A program made the translations under genes and the position numbers. Source: Ginglymostoma cirratum (lineage: Eukaryota). From it: DNA of 64,000 nt. How positions within the stretch are numbered: position 1 is the stretch's first letter; every line of letters begins with the position of its first letter. The DNA is taken from positions 8,571,288 to 8,635,287 of the forward strand of contig JAHRHZ010000002.1 of NCBI GenBank assembly GCA_024137785.1. Direction: 5' to 3'. Below are positions 59,224 to 64,000 of this stretch, in pieces. A model generated the notes under the pieces. It did not search any database, was not told the DNA's origin, and saw only the letters and a program-made list of their open reading frames with translations.

Positions 59224-60824
59224 CATGTTCATTGTAATAGATTAAGCAGGTATCAGTGTGTTTTCAGAAGCAAATGTGAATTATGTCCAACATAATTATT
59301 ATGCTTGTTATGGCTGAAATATATCCTTGTTATTAGAATATATTCATGAGTGAACTAGAACTGTAATTCCCCAAGGTTCATGCAACATAAAATTGAGTAT
59401 ACCTATGTAACTTTAAAATGTTCAATTTACAGCATGGAACTAATTACAAGCTGTCAGTAAGCTCTGTCTTTGCACTGGATGATATTGAATGTATCCTGGA
59501 AAAACAATGATTGTGGTGATTCTTGTGTGTGCACTATCAGTCAGTAATTTGCCACGCTTCTTTTTGAATTGATTATTCAATATTATGAAAGCAACAGTTG
59601 ATGAAAGGCAATATGTTCCCTTGACTTTCTAGTAATTCATGCCCATTAGATCCAGGCTGGTGCTGACATATTAAATCTATTAGTTTACTGAATATCTGAT
59701 TTTAACTGCATGAATTTCTGTCCTCAAATTTAGAAAGAAAATAAAACTTACACACATAGCTGCTTTGAGTTTAGTTATCAGTGAACAGCAATAATTGACA
59801 CTATGAATGTAAGTTGAGCTTGATTAGGATCTGCAGAATCTTGATATTTTTGAACTAGTGGAATACAGCTTCGAGCAATGTAAGTAATCAGTCAAAGTGT
59901 TTTGCCCCAAATAACGAAGTGAATATTTGTGAAATGTTATTGTGTATTTCCAGCATGTCAGCTAATTCCTTTTTCCCCCATAGCTCAAGCTTTCACAAAG
60001 CTTGGGAACAAACCTCCCTCCACTCTGGCATGAGATTCATAGTTTTGTTCTACAATAGGGATATGTTCTGCTATACTGTTGTCTGTAAAATGATAAACTG
60101 CAGTAAAAATAAAACTTAAAATTAAATAAAGCTTCAAAGAGGGGGAACGAGGAGCAGAGACAAAGGACCAGACATCATTGTGAAGAAATTCTTGATTGAA
60201 GAAGCAACTAAAATGGACTTTGTGACATTGTACTTTGTTGTAAATGGGTGTAATATTTGACACTTGTTTTAGATATTGGCTTTTGTTCAAGACCGCAAGG
60301 CATGGAACATATTCAGGTCATTTAGTTCATCGTGATGCTCCACCATTCAATGAGATCAGAGCTGATCCTAAACTTCTAATATATCAATGAAATATACTTC
60401 AAGTTATGTAGTGAAAATAAAACTCTTGAATCATAGCTTGCTTAAAGGCACAAACATGTTTTCATCCATGTCTATGTAGGTACACAAAAATAGGATATAC
60501 AAATCTCTGGCTCCTCTTCTTCAATCTTTCCTGTTTAGCATGAACACAGACCAGTGAAAAATCAGTAGATGCTGAAAGTTTCAATGAAAATCACGAAATG
60601 CTGTTCAGCAATCAGGCAAAATCTGTGGCCATACTGTTGATAAATCCTGCTTGGGAGATTGATAGGAAATGTCAAAGCACATGACATCAAAGGATATTTG
60701 GCAAATTCGATCCACAGCTGGCTGAGAGACAGGAAACATACCCTTTCAAGATGGCGGACCCTTCAGTTAGAGAGGTCTGCTCAATCTGTTTCTTTTTGTT
60801 TTCTTTATTCACCTTTTTTTTGTC

Positions 60825-62015
60825 TTTTGATGAAGTGACAAAGAAGATTAATGAAGGCAGAGAGGTGGATGTTGTCTATGTGGACTTCAGCAAGGTGTTT
60901 ATCAAGGATTCGCATGGCAGACTGTTTAGCAATTTAAGATCACATGGAATTCAGAAGAGTGAGCCACTTGAATATGAAATTGACTTGAAGATAGGAGACA
61001 GTGAGAAGTGGTGGAACATTGTTTAACGGACTGGAGGCCTGCGACCATCGACGTGCCACAAGGATTGGAGCTGAGTTAACTGCTTTTTGTCATTCATATA
61101 AATGATATTGACGTGAGTGAAGGATGAAAGGTTACTAAGTTCTCAGACAACACTAAAATTGGTGATGTAGAGGACAGTGAAGAAGGTTATCTCAGAGTAC
61201 AAAGGGACGTACATTAGATAGGCCAATTGGTCGAACAGTGGTAGATGACATTTAATTTAGACAAATGTGATGTTTTGCTTTCTGGTAAGACAATTCAAGG
61301 CAGGACTTGCATAATTAATGTTAGGGTGCTGTTAGGTTATGCCAGACCTTGGGCTGCAGGTTCATAATTCTTTGAAGGTGGAATCACATAAAGGCAGGGT
61401 AGTGGAGGAGGCCTTTGGTACACTCGCATTTATTGGTCAGTGCATTGATTATAGGAGTTAAATTGTCATAATGAGGCTACATAGGACATTAGTTTGACGA
61501 CTTTTTGATTTCAAACGATAGGACAGACGTTGTCAACTTTGAAAGGGTGCAGAAAACACTTAAAAAAGATGTTGCAGGGCTCGGAATGTTTAAGCTATAT
61601 GGAGAATCTGAATATGCTTGGGCAATCTACCCAAGACCGTTGAATGCCGAGGGACGACCTTAGAGAGGAACATAAATTGATGACAGGCATGGATAGTGTG
61701 AAGAGTCAAGGTCTTTCTTTTTCCCAGGGTGGGGTGTCGAAATCTAGAGGGGATATGTATATGGTATGAGGGGGAAGATTTGAAAGTGACCTCCATTAGA
61801 ATGGAATGAACTGTCAGAGAAATTGGTGGAAAGTGGTAGTCCTATTACAATATTTAAAAGGCATCTGGATGTGTACATGAATAGGAAAGGTTGAGAGGGT
61901 CGTGGGCCAATAGCTAGCTATTTGTAATGGATTAATTTCTGATTTGTGGTCAGTATGGTCAAGTTGGACTGAATGGTCTGTTTCCGTGCTGTAAAACTCC
62001 ATGTCTCTATGTTCT
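60825..62015 (+). mobile_element. Old CR1 3' fragment
   Basis: FDEVTKKINEGREVDVVYVDFSKVF; ends in the CR1 3' UTR and CTCTATGTTCTAT. Confidence 0.85.
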
Positions 62016-62659
62016 ATTTTGTGTTTTTCTTTTTCCCTTCTTTTTTTCTCATCGATATCTGAACCTGGCCTCCGTATGACTAGACTCTCAGCCTCGGTGT
62101 GGACCCGGTATAGAGATCTCTTAGCCTGGCATTTTGACTTCTCAGCTTAGTGTGTTGTACTTTTGGTCTGGCGTAACAACGTCTCAGACTGGTGTGGGAG
62201 TCTCCCTGCCAGCGTGTTGGTCTCTCGACAACCTGGTGTGATAGTCCCTTGGTGACCTGTTGAGGAGGTCTATTGGTGGCCCAGCATGTTGGACTCTAGG
62301 CGATCTGGCTTGGCCTCGAGACGATTCCAGAGCAGACTCCCAGCCTCAAAACTCTCGAGTTAAATCCCAGCACGGTTTGTATTCAAATCACCCTGCAAAC
62401 CAGAGGCGAGGTGCCATTATGGACTCTTTTGGAACTTTACACTTCTGCTTTTTTTCCCCCAATTTGCTCCTATGATCTGTGAAGATAAACTTTTTTATTT
62501 CCTTATTTTTCTAACTTTTTTCCCGCTAAGAATGTGTAATTAAGAATATGTACCTAGGTACCTTTGTACCTAAGGAGTTCTATAAGTTGTTATTGTATAG
62601 TTTTCACTCTACTTATTTTTGTGTGTGTAACAATAAAGCTATTTCTAATTCTAATTTTA

Positions 62660-63650
62660 AGCTAATTTTAAGGTGATTGTTAAGAATTGTTTTTACAACT
62701 GGAAATTTGTGTCCAGTGTGTTCACATAGGGACAGTTTTGGTTCCTTTGCTGCTTTGTTTCATATAAATGATTTGGACTTGAACAAAGGAGGGCTTGTCA
62801 CTATGTTTTGCACACAATAGAAAAATTCCTTGGCGTGGTAAATAGTGAGCAGGATAGCCCACAAGGTGACAGTGTTGTTTCCTTACTGTCTGTGGTTTAT
62901 GGAAATGATTTAGACTTGAACATAAGAGGATTTGTCACTAAGTTTACAGACGATAGAAATAAAAATCGTGGGCTAATAGAAAGTGAGAAGGTTGGCCTTA
63001 GAGTGCATCAGAATGCAGATGCGCTCGTCAGATGGGCTGATCAGTGGCAAATCAAATTAAATCAGGATAAATATGAACTGATGTACTTGAGGAGGACCAA
63101 AAAGACAAGGAAATACATGATGTACAGCAAGGCCCAAGAATCACAGGAGCTTTCGTGTACACTTCTCTTTTAAGTTATAAGGTTAGATGGATATCTTAGT
63201 TAAGAAGACAAAAAACATCATGCTTAAGACCAGGGAGGTGATGCTGGAATTGGATAAGAGTTTGGTTCAGTCGCAAGTAAAGAACTGTGTGTCGTTCTGG
63301 AATCCACTTAATCAGAGGGATATGATGTACTGGTGACGGTGTAGAGAAGATCTACCAATATGTTCCTTCACTGAAAAGTTTTGGAAATTCAAAGAAATTG
63401 GATAGACTGAGGCTGTGTTCCTTGGAGCAGAGGAGATTGATGAAGGAGATGCTGGGCATTGTGTGGGGCATAGCGAGGATAGCTAATAGGAAGCTTTCAC
63501 GTTTGATGGAGAGTTGAATGACCAGCAGGCATAGATTTAAGAGAAAGACATGAGATTTAGACGAAATGCAAGTAAAAAGTATTTCACCAAGAGGTTGGTA
63601 GGAATCTGGATCTCATTGCTTTTCAGGTGGTCGAGGCAGAAAACGTTGCA
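62660..63650 (+). mobile_element. Old CR1 RT fragments
   Basis: VTKFTDD...WADQWQIKLNQDKYELM; KYFTKRLVGIWISL. Confidence 0.7.
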
Positions 63651-64000
63651 TGGCACTCACTTTCCAATGGGAATTGAGAGACTGTTGTATTCTCTGCTTC
63701 AAAGAGGCGTGGCTCATTCTGACCACACCTCCCACTGTCGAACAACCTGAAGGCTTCTTAATTCACCAAATGGACTATTTGGCGTCCTCAAGAAAGGCAA
63801 AGAGGGGTATGGCATGCCTCATTATCAACATCGCCTGTAAAATCAGTCGTGGTGACTCTAATGAGTCACTGCTCCCCAGACCTAGTACATTTAACAGTGA
63901 AATACATTCCATGTTACCGTCTGTGTGAGTTCACTTCTGCTATGCTGACCGCAGTCTACATCCCATCTACATGAGACTAGTTCCGGTTAGGAAACGTATA

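Overview
Eukaryotic, repeat-rich vertebrate genomic DNA. It is very probably from a cartilaginous fish (shark or ray), inferred from HE1-type tRNA SINEs, abundant CR1 LINEs and Penelope-derived foldback elements; the species cannot be fixed from the window. Five host-gene loci, all on the + strand, are interleaved among the transposons: (1) a disrupted muscarinic M2-like GPCR (3603-5012); (2) a disrupted GPR139/GPR142-like GPCR exon (11887-~12790); (3) a decayed MHC class I heavy-chain gene with alpha1, alpha2 and partial alpha3 exons (41474-~42929); (4) a second, more eroded two-exon GPR139-like pseudogene not evident from the ORF track (48327-~50797); and (5) an intact 464-aa M2-like receptor (57745-59139). 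The intact receptor keeps the Gi-coupling and activation motifs but has replaced several conserved acetylcholine-pocket residues (Y3.33H, S3.36T, N3.37T, T5.39A, T5.42I, A5.46V, N6.52S). The best candidate for an undescribed system is a birth-and-death cluster of pocket-diversified muscarinic-like receptors, GPR139-like receptors and MHC class I-like genes. Mobile DNA includes a near full-length young CR1, a Gmr1-type Gypsy remnant with integrase before RT, and Penelope-derived insertions carrying hammerhead-ribozyme cores and target-site duplications. There is one 400-N assembly gap. Repeat boundaries are approximate, and all family assignments come from motif recognition, not database searches.
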